Of a DNA stretch of 52,934 bases, positions 37,893-48,439 are shown one piece after another (the stretch's first letter is position 1; each line of letters begins with the position of its first letter). Below the pieces are notes generated by a model. It did not search any database. It was given only the letters and a program-made list of their open reading frames with translations, and had not been told where the DNA came from. A program made the position numbers and the translations under genes. Source of the DNA: Gammaproteobacteria bacterium (lineage in GTDB: Bacteria > Pseudomonadota > Gammaproteobacteria > JAJDOJ01). Location of the stretch: the NCBI GenBank assembly GCA_022340215.1, contig JAJDOJ010000202.1:1-52934 (forward strand), in the 5' to 3' direction.

Positions 37893-40733
37893 TTACTTGG
37901 AGGGTTGTTTGCCGTCGTCTACCGGAGCGTTCGATTCCTTCAGCGAGTCCGATCCCTCCCGGAACGTCAACTCGATGAATGACTCGGCCGAGACCGGCTT
38001 GCCGAAGTAGTAACCTTGAAACACGCGGCAACCGCGTTGTTTGAGGAAATCGAACTGTTCCTCGGTTTCGACGCCCTCAGCCACAGCCTCCAGTCCCAGG
38101 TGTGCGGTGATCGAGATGATGGTTTCCACGATGGCGGCGTCCTGCGAATCCGTCAAGATGTCCCGGACGAAGGAGCGATCGATCTTCAGGATGTCCAGCG
38201 GTAACCGCTTGAGATACGTTAGCGACGAGTATCCGGTGCCGAAGTCGTCGATCGAGAGGTGCAGTCCGTAGCTCTTTAACCGGCGCATCTTGCCGATAAT
38301 CTCGTCGAGATCGCCGAGAAGCGCGTCTTCGATGATCTCGATCGTGACGTGGCTCGAGTCGACCCCGGTTTCCTCGATAATCGCGGCGATACTATCGACA
38401 TAGCCCTTCTGACGGAATTCGATAGGACTGACATTGATCGCCAGGGAACGGAGTGCCGGATAACACTCGCCGGCGTCCATCCACTGTTTAAGCTGGTAGC
38501 AGGCCCTGCGCATGACCCACTGGCCCAGTTGGAGGATCAATCCCGTTTCCTCGGCAACCGAGACGAAGCTGGCCGGCGATAACGCTCCCCGGGTCGGATG
38601 GTCCCAGCGGAGCAGCACCTCCGCGCCAATGATGCGGCCGGATGACTGCACCAGGGGCTGGTAGGCCAGAGAAAGCTGGTCGTGCTCGAGGGCAGCGCGT
38701 ATCTGGCTCTCCAGCGAAAGACGGTGGTCCGTCTCCTTCTGCATTTCCGGTTCGAAGAACCGCATCCCGTTGCCGCCCGCGTGCTTCGCCTTGTACATGG
38801 CGGCATCGGCGTTGCGCAGGATATCCTCGGCGTGGCCGGTGTCTTCGGGGAACATCGCGATCCCGATGCTGGCTGTGATCTGGTAACGGTGCCCGTCGAG
38901 CTCGAAGGGCTCGGCCAATACCCGGCGAAGTTTCTCGGCGACGGCGCGCACATCGGCGCCCGGATCTCCGTGGACGCCACCGAGTTCCGGCAGCGCGACG
39001 ACGAACTCGTCTCCGCCGATGCGGGCCACGCTGTCCTCGGCCCTCAGGGCCCTGACCAGACGCCGACCGGTCTGCCGCAGCAGCTCATCTCCGACCGCGT
39101 GTCCCAGGGCGTCGTTCAGGGTCTTGAAACGATCGAGGTCGAAGAACAGTACGGCGCCGCTTTTTGAATACCTTGCCGCGAGTCGCATGTCGTGTTGAAG
39201 CCGGTCAAGTAACAGACGGCGGTTGGCCAGACCGGTCAGCGGGTCGAAGTACGCCAGTCGTTCGATGGCTTTGGCATCGCGTCGTTGGCGGATCCCCATG
39301 CTGAGGGCATCCGCGACCTGCTCGAGAAAGGCCTTTTCGTGGGTGGAATAGGGGTGTCCGTGGGGCAGATAGAAGACCATGACGCCCAGCACGCGATTGT
39401 CGGCCATGACGGGGACGTTGTAGTGCCCGTGTGGGGGCATTCCCGGGTACCGCGTGACGTGGCGATCGTCCACGCAGTCCGCGAACTGGGTGCAGTTTTC
39501 CGCGGCGGCGCGTCCGCACAGACACGCTCCGAAGGGCACCGTGCTGCACAACTGTCGAATCTCTGGATCCAGGTTGTGGCTGGAGACCAATCTCAGTTCC
39601 TCTCGCGTCTCCCCGGCCAGGAATATACCTGCCTGGGGGAGCGCCCCCAGCCAGGGAATCGCGCGCAGCAGGTTGTCGAGGGATTGCTGCAGGTAGATTT
39701 CCAGCGGGTGTCCCTCAAGGGACAGACGAAGCAACATACCCAGGGCCTGTTCCTCTGTCTCGGAGCGGTCACGTTGCTCGATACTGGACCTGAGTGCCCG
39801 TGTTCTGCGTTGCAGGACGAGTTCGAAGGCCATAAAGATTGTCAGTGCGGCCAGGGCCAGGCCAATGACTCCGAGCAGTATCCAGCCCACCCAATCCGGC
39901 AACCCCCCCCCTGAGTCTTCGTCCAGCCACTGCTCCAGCAAGCTGTAATAGGCCGAGTCCGGATCCGCCTTGAGGGCCCCCAGGCGTCTGTCGACGGCAG
40001 ACCGAATTGCCGCCCCGTGGGCGTCGTCCCCGGGCATCGCCATCCGGAGCCCGACGGGGTTGAAGATGACTGAGGTTTTCTCGACACCGTCGATCCTGCT
40101 CTCGGGGCCAGAGAACAACCGGGTCACCAGGCCCGCGTCCGCATGACCTAGGGCGATCGAATCCAGCACCTGGGCGTAGCTGGAGAAATCCCGGAAGTCG
40201 ATGGTGATCTCGAAGGCGTCTGCCAGTGCGCGCAGTTTCGTGTAGTGCGCATCGTCGCTGACCACGGCAACCCGCATCCCGTCAAGGTCGCGAATCGATT
40301 CGATCTCGACGCCCTCGCGGGCGTAGATTTTTCCCCAGTTGATGATGAAGTTGCTGCGGTTGAATCGATAGCGCTTGAGGCGCTCAGCGTTTTCCGCGAC
40401 CGGCACGACCAGGTCGATATTGCCGGAGTCCAGCAGGCTGAGGCAGCGGGGAAAGTCGCAATGGACATATTCGAGCCTCCAGCCTTGCTCACGGGAGATC
40501 TCGTTGAGTAACGCGGGAACGAACCCGTCGACCTTGCCGGCCTGATTGAGAATGACCAGCGGCGGGTTGTCGTAGACACCAACGCGAAGATTCGTTTCCG
40601 TATCCGCATGGGATACGGCGAGGACGGACAAGAGCAGGGCCCCCAGGAGCGGCCGGCCGCAGTGCAGGATTCCCGAACGGCCACCTCGTCTGGGTCTGTG
40701 CTCCATCGCCCCGTATTCATCCATTGATATCAA
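37893..40733 (-). CDS. Sensor diguanylate cyclase/phosphodiesterase: periplasmic SBP_bac_3-like domain, TM, GAF, GGDEF, EAL
   Basis: 946 aa. An N-terminal signal/TM segment precedes an amino-acid-binding-protein-like domain (RVGVYDNPPLV…) and a second TM. These are followed by GAF, an intact RIGGDEF motif, and an EAL domain (EVLLRW, DDFGTGYSSL, KIDRSFV, EGVETEEQ). Confidence 0.9.
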   Translation of the reverse strand: MISMDEYGAMEHRPRRGGRSGILHCGRPLLGALLLSVLAVSHADTETNLRVGVYDNPPLVILNQAGKVDGFVPALLNEISREQGWRLEYVHCDFPRCLSLLDSGNIDLVVPVAENAERLKRYRFNRSNFIINWGKIYAREGVEIESIRDLDGMRVAVVSDDAHYTKLRALADAFEITIDFRDFSSYAQVLDSIALGHADAGLVTRLFSGPESRIDGVEKTSVIFNPVGLRMAMPGDDAHGAAIRSAVDRRLGALKADPDSAYYSLLEQWLDEDSGGGLPDWVGWILLGVIGLALAALTIFMAFELVLQRRTRALRSSIEQRDRSETEEQALGMLLRLSLEGHPLEIYLQQSLDNLLRAIPWLGALPQAGIFLAGETREELRLVSSHNLDPEIRQLCSTVPFGACLCGRAAAENCTQFADCVDDRHVTRYPGMPPHGHYNVPVMADNRVLGVMVFYLPHGHPYSTHEKAFLEQVADALSMGIRQRRDAKAIERLAYFDPLTGLANRRLLLDRLQHDMRLAARYSKSGAVLFFDLDRFKTLNDALGHAVGDELLRQTGRRLVRALRAEDSVARIGGDEFVVALPELGGVHGDPGADVRAVAEKLRRVLAEPFELDGHRYQITASIGIAMFPEDTGHAEDILRNADAAMYKAKHAGGNGMRFFEPEMQKETDHRLSLESQIRAALEHDQLSLAYQPLVQSSGRIIGAEVLLRWDHPTRGALSPASFVSVAEETGLILQLGQWVMRRACYQLKQWMDAGECYPALRSLAINVSPIEFRQKGYVDSIAAIIEETGVDSSHVTIEIIEDALLGDLDEIIGKMRRLKSYGLHLSIDDFGTGYSSLTYLKRLPLDILKIDRSFVRDILTDSQDAAIVETIISITAHLGLEAVAEGVETEEQFDFLKQRGCRVFQGYYFGKPVSAESFIELTFREGSDSLKESNAPVDDGKQPSK

Positions 40734-41031
40734 ATAATGCGTAGGCCCTCACGCCGGATTCTAACGTGTAACCGCGCGGACCACACCATTGGCATTACCG
40801 ACGAGCCTGTTACGGACAGGGGCGAAAGGCGCGGGGCGGCGTTACCGCTGCGGCGACGCCAACGGCGCGAGCCGCAACATTCATGCCCTGGATGTGACGC
40901 GCTCGACAATGCCGCGTGTGAGGCAACGCACAGCTCGTGGCATTCGAGTTTCAGGCTTGCAGTATTGCGAATTACGGCGTGCTAGCATCGGTTGTCCAGC
41001 AGCTTGATTCTCATCTAGAGCGGCAATACCG

Positions 41032-41799
41032 ATGCGCGTTGAAATACTGGGATGCAGTGGGGGGATTGGCGAGGGTTTGCTGACAACCTCGCTACTGTTG
41101 GGGGAAGATGTACTCGTCGACTGCGGGAGCGGTGTCGGTTATTTATCCATCGAGCGAATGCGCGAGCTGCGTCACGTCTTCATTACCCACCAGCATCTCG
41201 ACCATATCGCAAGTCTGCCACTACTCGCCGATACCCTGTACGAAACGCTTCAGGACCGGCCGCTGGTAGTCCACTGCGAACCCTCCACCTACCAGACCCT
41301 GCGGACCCATGTATTCAACTGGGAGGTCTGGCCGGATTTTTTTCAGTTGCCCGCAGGAAGGGAACCAGTGCTTCGTTACGAACCGATAGTTCCGGGCGAG
41401 TCTCACCGAGTCAATGACCTGGTGATCGAGGCCATCCGTGTCAACCATGTCGTCCCCACGCAGGCATTCTACGTGTCCAATGGCCGCTCGGCGATGTCAT
41501 TCAGCGGCGACACGACGACCAATGATGCACTGTGGGATACCCTCAATGCCCGTGAACTTCTAGACCTGCTCGTCGTGGAGTGCGCCTATCCCGAGAGTGG
41601 ACGCGAATTGAGCAGAATGGCCCGCCACTATTGCCCCTCGTTGCTGGCGGGGGACCTGGGCAAACTGAGGCATGATCCCCGACTCTGTATCTCTCATCTC
41701 AAGCCGGGGTCCGAATCCGAGACCATCGCCGAGATCAACGCGCGTCTGACCGGGCGGCGAGCCCACCGCCTGACCAGCGGGGAAGTGTTCGAGATCTAG
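41032..41799 (+). CDS. MBL-fold hydrolase resembling class II 3',5'-cyclic-nucleotide phosphodiesterase
   Basis: 255 aa. MRVEILGCSGG… and the HQHLDHIASLP core (HxHLDH signature of class II cAMP phosphodiesterases) are present. No signal peptide is seen. Confidence 0.7.
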   Translation: MRVEILGCSGGIGEGLLTTSLLLGEDVLVDCGSGVGYLSIERMRELRHVFITHQHLDHIASLPLLADTLYETLQDRPLVVHCEPSTYQTLRTHVFNWEVWPDFFQLPAGREPVLRYEPIVPGESHRVNDLVIEAIRVNHVVPTQAFYVSNGRSAMSFSGDTTTNDALWDTLNARELLDLLVVECAYPESGRELSRMARHYCPSLLAGDLGKLRHDPRLCISHLKPGSESETIAEINARLTGRRAHRLTSGEVFEI

Positions 41800-41997
41800 G
41801 GCCACTGCAGGCCCCCGAGTAGTGCCATTCGCGCTCGAATCGGAACTTCAATAATGTGCTGGTCGACTGGAAACCGCAGGTTTCTGCGCGTTACTGGCCC
41901 GCCCGAGTCGCAATTCGGCTGCTTGCCAAGGTGCCGTGCCCGTGGTCTCCAATCGTCTATAATGCAGCACTTTCCAGGAAGCGCAATAGGGTAAACG

Positions 41998-43359
41998 ATG
42001 TTCGAGAATCTGAGCGAAAGACTTGCGGGCACCGTCAAGCACCTCAAAGGGCAGGCACGGCTCACAGAGGACAATATCAGAGACAGCCTGCGGGAGGTCC
42101 GCATGGCCTTGCTGGAGGCGGATGTGGCGCTTCCGGTCGTCCGATCGTTCATCGATGAGGTTCGCGAGCGCGCCCGCGGTCAGGACGTATTGCACAGTCT
42201 TACGCCGGGTCAGGCACTGATCAAGATCGTCAATGACGAACTGGTGCGCGTCATGGGTGAGGCCAATGAGGGCCTGAATCTTCAGACACGGCCTCCCGCG
42301 GTGGTCATGCTGGCCGGCCTTCAGGGCGCGGGGAAGACCACGACCGCCGGCAAACTGGCGCGCTGGCTTCGTGAGAATGCCGGAAAGCAGGTGATGGTCG
42401 CGAGCTGCGATGTCTACCGTCCCGCGGCCATACAGCAGTTGGAGCGACTTGCCGGCGAGGTCGGCGCGGCATTCTATCCGAGCGAACACGGACAGGATCC
42501 GGTGGAGATAGCGAGGGCTGCCGTGGAGAGTGCGAGAAGCCGGGCCTCGGACGTGCTGATACTGGATACTGCCGGCCGACTCCATATCGACGCGGCGATG
42601 ATGGACGAGGTTGCCCGGATCCATTCAGCGGTCGAGCCCGTCGAGACCCTGTTCGTCGTCGACAGCATGACGGGGCAGGACGCGGCGAATTCCGCCCGGG
42701 CCTTCAACGACGCATTGCCGCTGACCGGCGTGATCCTGACCAAGACCGACGGTGATGCCAGGGGCGGTGCGGCGCTGTCGGTCAGACATGTGACGGGGAA
42801 ACCGGTCAAGTTCATCGGTGTCGGAGAGAAGTCCGTCGCGCTGGAACCGTTTCATCCGGATCGTATCGCCTCGCGCATCCTTGGGATGGGAGACGTCCTG
42901 GGCCTCGTCGAAGCGGCGCAGCGCAAGGTCGATCAGCGTGAGACCGAGAAGCTTGCCAGGAAACTCAAGTCGGGCAAGGGTTTCGGCCTGGAGGACTTGA
43001 AGACCCAACTCGAGCAGATGCTCAGTATGGGCGGTGTCGCCGGATTGCTGGACAAACTGCCGGGCGCGACGTCGCTGCCGGCCTCCGTCAGGAATCAGGC
43101 GGACGACGGCGAGATTCGCAGGATGATCGCCATCGTCGATTCGATGACGCGCCGCGAACGCCGTTTTCCCGAGATCGTCAAGGGGTCGCGAAAGCGGCGG
43201 ATTGCGAGTGGTTCGGGAACACGCGTCCAGGACGTGAACCGTTTGCTCAAGCAGCACACCCAGATGCGCAAGATGATGAAAAGATTCTCAAAAGGCGGTA
43301 TGAACCGCATGATGAGGGGAATGAAGGGGGGAATGCCGCCGGGCATGCCGTTCGGCTGA
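41998..43359 (+). CDS. ffh: Signal recognition particle protein Ffh
   Basis: 453 aa with N/G domains (GLQGAGKTTTAGKLA, DTAGR) and a Met-rich M domain ending …MMRGMKGGMPPGMPFG. Confidence 0.95.
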   Translation: MFENLSERLAGTVKHLKGQARLTEDNIRDSLREVRMALLEADVALPVVRSFIDEVRERARGQDVLHSLTPGQALIKIVNDELVRVMGEANEGLNLQTRPPAVVMLAGLQGAGKTTTAGKLARWLRENAGKQVMVASCDVYRPAAIQQLERLAGEVGAAFYPSEHGQDPVEIARAAVESARSRASDVLILDTAGRLHIDAAMMDEVARIHSAVEPVETLFVVDSMTGQDAANSARAFNDALPLTGVILTKTDGDARGGAALSVRHVTGKPVKFIGVGEKSVALEPFHPDRIASRILGMGDVLGLVEAAQRKVDQRETEKLARKLKSGKGFGLEDLKTQLEQMLSMGGVAGLLDKLPGATSLPASVRNQADDGEIRRMIAIVDSMTRRERRFPEIVKGSRKRRIASGSGTRVQDVNRLLKQHTQMRKMMKRFSKGGMNRMMRGMKGGMPPGMPFG

Positions 43360-43407
43360 GCGGGACAGGTCCTGTTGTTCCTGCAAGGGACCGGAAGCCG
43401 GTTATTC

Positions 43408-43450
43408 GGTCCGGGCGGTGCGAGTGACCCGCACCGCCCGGACCGGTTTT
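43408..43450 (+). terminator. Rho-independent terminator after ffh
   Basis: Perfect 15-bp stem GGTCCGGGCGGTGCG (43408-43422) / CGCACCGCCCGGACC (43430-43444) with a 7-nt loop, followed by GGTTTT. Confidence 0.75.
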
Positions 43451-43453
43451 CCC

Positions 43454-43481
43454 TTCACATTTCTCCAATTTAGGATAGAAT
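43454..43481 (+). promoter_or_regulatory. Candidate sigma70 promoter of the rpsP-rimM-trmD-rplS operon
   Basis: TTCACA (43454-43459), a 16-nt spacer, then TAGAAT (43476-43481), about 68 nt upstream of the rpsP ATG. Confidence 0.45.
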
Positions 43482-43548
43482 CGCGCGTTTTGGTCAGGGC
43501 CTTCCGGGTTCGTGGGCCATGTCATTCCCAACATTGGAAGCGGAACAA

Positions 43549-43797
43549 ATGGTAACAATGCGTCTTTCCCGGGCCGGCGCCAAGAGGCGGCCCTTTTATC
43601 ACATCGTTGTCACGGATTCCCGAAAGCGGCGTGACAGTGGATACATCGAGCGCATCGGGTTCTTCAATCCCGGGGCCCGTGGAAAGGAGGTCAAACTGAA
43701 CATCGACCTGGCCCGTGTGGACCACTGGCTATCTGTCGGGGCCGGCACGTCCGACCGGGTCGATACGCTGATTCGGGAGCAGCGAAAGGCAGGCTGA
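43549..43797 (+). CDS. rpsP: 30S ribosomal protein S16
   Basis: [21 protein letters not shown]… is the canonical S16 N-terminus; 82 aa. Confidence 0.95.
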   Translation: MVTMRLSRAGAKRRPFYHIVVTDSRKRRDSGYIERIGFFNPGARGKEVKLNIDLARVDHWLSVGAGTSDRVDTLIREQRKAG

Positions 43798-43808
43798 AGG
43801 GTCCCGGG

Positions 43809-44312
43809 TTGCCGATCGAACCGCTGGTCCTGGGCCGGGTTTCCGGCCTGTTCGGTGTCGGGGGCTGGGTCAAGGTTCATTCCTACACCCAGCCAAGGGA
43901 CGGCATTACACACTATGGTCACTGGTTGCTGCGCCAAAATGACGGGTGGCGTCGCTACCAGGTGCTCTCCGGACGGCCGCAGGGCCGGACCGTGGTCGCC
44001 CGACTGGCCGGGATCGACGATCGGGATCGGGCAGCGAGGCTGGTGGGACTGGAAATCGCGATCGACCGCGATCAGCTTTTTACGCCCCCGGAAGGAGAGT
44101 ACTACTGGGATCAGCTGATCGGCCTGCAGGTCGTCAACCGGCTGGGCGAGTCGCTGGGTGAGGTTCAGGGCATGATGGAAACAGGCGCCAATGACGTGTT
44201 GGTGGTCCGGGGGGAACGCGAAAGGCTGATTCCCTGGGTGCAGGGTTCGGTGGTCATGTCGGTCGAGCTGGACTCGGGTACGATCCATGTGGACTGGGAT
44301 GCCGATTACTGA
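43809..44312 (+). CDS. rimM: Ribosome maturation factor RimM
   Basis: 167 aa with a TTG start; GRVSGLFGVGGWVKVHSYTQP… and a PRC-barrel C-terminus. Its operon position supports the call. Confidence 0.9.
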   Translation: MPIEPLVLGRVSGLFGVGGWVKVHSYTQPRDGITHYGHWLLRQNDGWRRYQVLSGRPQGRTVVARLAGIDDRDRAARLVGLEIAIDRDQLFTPPEGEYYWDQLIGLQVVNRLGESLGEVQGMMETGANDVLVVRGERERLIPWVQGSVVMSVELDSGTIHVDWDADY

Positions 44313-44314
44313 CA

Positions 44315-45079
44315 TTGCGCGTTGATGTGGTCACCCTGTTTCCCGAATTCGTGGCCCAGGTCCTTGGCTACGGGGTGACGGCGCGCGCCGTGCAGCGCGG
44401 ATCGATCGCAGTCAAAGCGCACAATCCCAGGCAATATGCGACGGACCGCCATCGCAGCGTGGACGACCGGCCGTTTGGCGGCGGTCCGGGAATGGTGATG
44501 ACGGTCGAACCGCTGAGGTCCTGCGTGCGGTCCGTCCGGAGGCAGGTATGCGTGGATGCCCGAACGGTATTCCTGAGCCCGCAGGGCAAACCGCTGAACC
44601 AGGACAAGATCAACGAATGGGCCAGTTTGCCGGGACTGCTGCTGGTGGCTGGCCGCTACGAGGGTGTCGACGAACGCTTCATCGAAACCGAGGTCGACGA
44701 GGAGTGTTCCATCGGTGACTATGTGTTGAGTGGTGGCGAACTGGCGGCGATGGTTGTCGTCGATGCGTTGGCCCGCCTACTGCCGGGAGTGCTGGGACAT
44801 GCGGACTCCGCGCGGCAAGACTCGTTTATGGATGGTCTGCTCGATTGCCCTCATTACTCCCGGCCGGCCTCGGTCGACGGTCGCGCCGTACCGCAGGTGC
44901 TGTTGGGTGGCGATCACGAGGCGATCCGGCGCTGGCGATTGAAGCAGTCGCTCGGTCGCACCTTCATCAGACGACCCGAGTTGCTGGCGCGCCGGGGTCT
45001 GGACGAAAACGAAAGGGCACTGCTGGACGAATATCTGGGCGAACGGGGGATTGGCGACGAGCCTGTTTGCAAGGATTGA
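44315..45079 (+). CDS. trmD: tRNA (guanine37-N1)-methyltransferase
   Basis: 254 aa with a TTG start; RVDVVTLFPEF…, GGGPGMVM and SIGDYVLSGGE motifs. Confidence 0.95.
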   Translation: MRVDVVTLFPEFVAQVLGYGVTARAVQRGSIAVKAHNPRQYATDRHRSVDDRPFGGGPGMVMTVEPLRSCVRSVRRQVCVDARTVFLSPQGKPLNQDKINEWASLPGLLLVAGRYEGVDERFIETEVDEECSIGDYVLSGGELAAMVVVDALARLLPGVLGHADSARQDSFMDGLLDCPHYSRPASVDGRAVPQVLLGGDHEAIRRWRLKQSLGRTFIRRPELLARRGLDENERALLDEYLGERGIGDEPVCKD

Positions 45080-45104
45080 ATAGTGTACGAGGGAAATAAA
45101 TATC

Positions 45105-45452
45105 ATGGGTAACATCATTGAAGAGCTGGAAGCGGAACAACTGAAATCCGATCTTCCGGACTTCACGTCGGGCGACACGGTTGTCGTACAGGTGAAGGTG
45201 TCGGAAGGCGGCCGTGTGCGATTACAGGCATTCGAAGGCGTGGTAATCGGCAAGCGGAACCGGGGCCTGAATTCCTCGTTCACCGTGCGCAAGATCTCCC
45301 ATGGCGAAGGGGTGGAGCGCGTGTTCCAAACGCACAGTCCGCTGCTTGCGAGCATCACCGTGAAGCGCCGCGGCAAGGTGCGCCGGGCCAAGCTGTATTA
45401 TCTGAGGGGTCGGACCGGCAAGGCGGCCAGGATCAAGGAGAAGCTCGGCTAG
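45105..45452 (+). CDS. rplS: 50S ribosomal protein L19
   Basis: 115 aa; …[29 protein letters not shown]…RRAKLYYLR. Confidence 0.95.
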   Translation: MGNIIEELEAEQLKSDLPDFTSGDTVVVQVKVSEGGRVRLQAFEGVVIGKRNRGLNSSFTVRKISHGEGVERVFQTHSPLLASITVKRRGKVRRAKLYYLRGRTGKAARIKEKLG

Positions 45453-45624
45453 CGCCCGGTACTTTCGGTCGTGAATGCCGTCCGATGATGGATTCGCCGG
45501 TTCAAGGCCCGCTGTTGACTCGTAGCCGGCGTACCTCGAGCGGCGCTCCGGATGCCTCAGAGCCCGGGGTGGGCAGATCCCCTGATACCCCCCTGTCTTC
45601 CGCGTAAATGAATGCACGATCACG

Positions 45625-46350
45625 ATGAAGATTCACTATCTGATGCACGTGCCCTTCGAAGGGTTAGGTGGAATTGAGCCCTGGTTCATCGGCCATGGTT
45701 TCATGTTGTCGAGAACGCGCCTGTTTGCCGGAGAACGACTTCCGGAACCCGAATCGGTCGACGGTGCGGTCGTCATGGGTGGCCCTATGTCCGTCGGCGA
45801 TACCGGCCCGTTTCCGTGGCTTAATGCGGAAAAGCGATTCATCGAGCGTGCCTTGCGTGCAGGGAAACCGGTTCTCGGTGTATGTCTCGGGGCGCAGCTG
45901 CTGGCCGATGTCATGGGATCGCGGATCTACCGGAACCGCGATACGGAGATCGGCTGGTTTCCCGTTACGCTGAGTCCGTCCGCCTCGTCTAGCCCGATCT
46001 TCAAGGGATTCCCCGCGCGATTCGATGCCTTCCATTGGCACGGAGACACATTCGACATCCCGGATGGCGCCTGGGGGATCGGTTCCAGCGATGCCTGCGC
46101 AAATCAGGGATTCGTGGTGGATAATGCGGTTGCGCTGCAGTTCCATCTCGAGTCGCAACCCTCCGGTGTCATGGACCTTTGTAGGGAATGCGCGGATGAA
46201 CTCGTGCCGGCGGCCTTCGTGCAGACTCCGCAGGCGATGCTCGGTGATCCCGTCCGGTTCCTGGCGCTTCTGGCCCTGAATCGCACCTTGCTGGGAAACC
46301 TGTTCGCGGACGACTCACTGGCCGGGGATCTTCCGGACAAGGCTGCTTGA
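45625..46350 (+). CDS. Type 1 glutamine amidotransferase (GMP synthase-like GATase1 domain protein)
   Basis: 241 aa with the nucleophile elbow GVCLGAQLL and FHWHGDTF. Confidence 0.8.
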   Translation: MKIHYLMHVPFEGLGGIEPWFIGHGFMLSRTRLFAGERLPEPESVDGAVVMGGPMSVGDTGPFPWLNAEKRFIERALRAGKPVLGVCLGAQLLADVMGSRIYRNRDTEIGWFPVTLSPSASSSPIFKGFPARFDAFHWHGDTFDIPDGAWGIGSSDACANQGFVVDNAVALQFHLESQPSGVMDLCRECADELVPAAFVQTPQAMLGDPVRFLALLALNRTLLGNLFADDSLAGDLPDKAA

Positions 46351-46392
46351 TTCGCCGTTGTGCGGTGACCTGCGACGGCGTGTCCCGGGCCC

Positions 46393-46422
46393 CTTGAAAA
46401 TATCCGCTGTCGTCGCCACTCT
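46393..46422 (+). promoter_or_regulatory. Candidate sigma32 (heat-shock) promoter of htpG
   Basis: CTTGAAA (46393-46399), a 15-nt spacer, then GCCACTCT (46415-46422). The latter is a weak match to CCCCATNT. It lies 36 nt upstream of the htpG ATG. Confidence 0.35.
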
Positions 46423-46457
46423 CTTTATTCAATCCAGTACCCTCGGAGCTCTACGCA

Positions 46458-48383
46458 ATGTCAGTAGGAACCCAGAAGGAAACGCTTCAATTCCAGACCG
46501 AAGTCACTCAGTTACTTCACCTGATGATTCACTCGCTGTACTCCAACCGCGAAATCTTCCTGCGCGAAGTGATCTCCAACGCCTCGGACGCCTGCGACAA
46601 GTTACGGTTCGAGGCGATCTCGGACGAGGCACTGTTCGAACAGGACACCGACCTGAAGATCGAGGTCGAATTCGACAAGGACAAACGCACCGTGACCATC
46701 CGCGACAACGGGATCGGTATGACCCGTGACGAGGTGGTCAACAACATCGGGACAATCGCGAAGTCCGGTACCAGGGAGTTCTTTGAGTCGTTGACCGGTG
46801 ACCAGGCGAAGGATGCCGGATTGATCGGGCAGTTCGGCGTCGGATTCTATTCTGCGTTCATCGTTTCGGACAAGGTCAGCCTGGTCACGAGACGGGCCGG
46901 CATGGGACCGGAACACGGCGTGCTCTGGGAGTCCGACGGCAAGGGCAGCTTCGAGATCGAAAACGTCGAAACCGCCTCACGGGGAACGGCGGTGACCCTG
47001 TGGTTGAAGAAAGAAGAGGCGGAATTCGCAGATGGCTGGCGGCTGAGATCGATCATCCACAAATACTCGGACCACATTCCGCTGCCTGTTCGAATGCTGA
47101 AGGAAAAAGACGCGGGTGAAGAAAAGTCGGAAGATCGGGAAGTGGCGGAATGGGAGACCGTCAACAAGGCCTCCGCGCTGTGGTCTCGACCCAAGTCCGG
47201 TATCAGCGAGGACGAATACAAGGAGTTCTACAAGCACGTCGGGCATGACTTTCAGGACCCGTTGGCCTGGACCCACAACCGGGTCGAGGGTACGCAGGAG
47301 TACACCACACTCCTCTATATCCCCTCCAAGGCCCCTTTCGACCTGTTCGACAGGGAACATATGCATGGCGTCAAGCTGTACGTGAAGCGCGTTTTCATCA
47401 TGGACGACGCCGAGCATCTGCTGCCCAGGTACCTGCGGTTCGTTCGCGGTGTGGTCGACTCCGCCGACCTGCCGCTCAACGTGTCTCGGGAGATCCTGCA
47501 GAGTAACAAGGTCATCGACAATATCCGTGCCGGGGCCGTCAAGAAGCTTCTCGGTTTGCTCGAGAACATGGCCGACAAGGAGCCTGAGAAGTACGCGACC
47601 TTCTGGTCGGAATTCGGCAAGGTTCTGAAGGAGGGCCCTGCCGAGGACTTTTCCAACCGCGAACAGATCGCGGGATTGCTGCGTTTCTCTTCCAGTCACG
47701 ACGACCAGGAGATGCAGGCGGTGTCGCTCGATGACTATATCGGGCGAATGAAGGAGGGTCAGGAGAAGATTTACTACGTGACCGCCGACAGCTTCGCCGC
47801 CGCGAAGAGCAGTCCCCACCTGGAGATCTTCCGCAAGAAGGGTATCGAGGTGCTGCTGATGCACGATCGAGTGGATGAGTGGCTGGCCGGCAATCTTACC
47901 GAATTCAAGGGCAAGGCCCTGCAGTCCGTGGCGAAGGGTGAGCTCGATCTTGGCGACGTGGAATCCGAGGACGACCGCAAGGAATACGAGAAGGTCGAAA
48001 AGGAAGCAGAAGACGTCATCAAGCGCATCAAGGACGCGTTGGGGGACCGGGTCGAAGACGTTCGTGTTTCGCACCGCTTGACCAGTTCCCCGGCCTGTAT
48101 CGTGCTGAACGAGCACGACATGGCCATGTACATGCAGCATCTGCTCAAGCAGGCCGGTCACGAGATGCCTGCAAGCCGGCCGTCGCTCGAGGTCAACCCG
48201 ACCCATCCGCTGGTCGGTCGCATGAAGGAGGAATCCGATGACGGGCGGTTTAGGGACTGGTCGACCATGTTGTTCGAACAGGCTGTCCTGGCCGAGGGTG
48301 GGCAACTGGAGGACCCGGCCGGTTTCGTGACCCGACTCAACGCCCTGATGATGGAGATGGCGACGACTCAGACTATGGGCTGA
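46458..48383 (+). CDS. htpG: Molecular chaperone HtpG (Hsp90)
   Basis: 641 aa; …[34 protein letters not shown]…-type N-terminus and GQFGVGFYS. Confidence 0.95.
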   Translation: MSVGTQKETLQFQTEVTQLLHLMIHSLYSNREIFLREVISNASDACDKLRFEAISDEALFEQDTDLKIEVEFDKDKRTVTIRDNGIGMTRDEVVNNIGTIAKSGTREFFESLTGDQAKDAGLIGQFGVGFYSAFIVSDKVSLVTRRAGMGPEHGVLWESDGKGSFEIENVETASRGTAVTLWLKKEEAEFADGWRLRSIIHKYSDHIPLPVRMLKEKDAGEEKSEDREVAEWETVNKASALWSRPKSGISEDEYKEFYKHVGHDFQDPLAWTHNRVEGTQEYTTLLYIPSKAPFDLFDREHMHGVKLYVKRVFIMDDAEHLLPRYLRFVRGVVDSADLPLNVSREILQSNKVIDNIRAGAVKKLLGLLENMADKEPEKYATFWSEFGKVLKEGPAEDFSNREQIAGLLRFSSSHDDQEMQAVSLDDYIGRMKEGQEKIYYVTADSFAAAKSSPHLEIFRKKGIEVLLMHDRVDEWLAGNLTEFKGKALQSVAKGELDLGDVESEDDRKEYEKVEKEAEDVIKRIKDALGDRVEDVRVSHRLTSSPACIVLNEHDMAMYMQHLLKQAGHEMPASRPSLEVNPTHPLVGRMKEESDDGRFRDWSTMLFEQAVLAEGGQLEDPAGFVTRLNALMMEMATTQTMG

Positions 48384-48439
48384 GCATAGGGGTTGCGTCC
48401 GCGCTGCGCCGAAACGGTTGACTGCGGTATGGCATTTCG

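Noticed and set aside
34195-41997. Calling the sdhCAB / GGDEF-EAL / phosphodiesterase block a genomic island or mobile element.
   Set aside because: No integrase, transposase, tRNA target, flanking direct repeats or visible compositional shift was found. Only the synteny break is reported.
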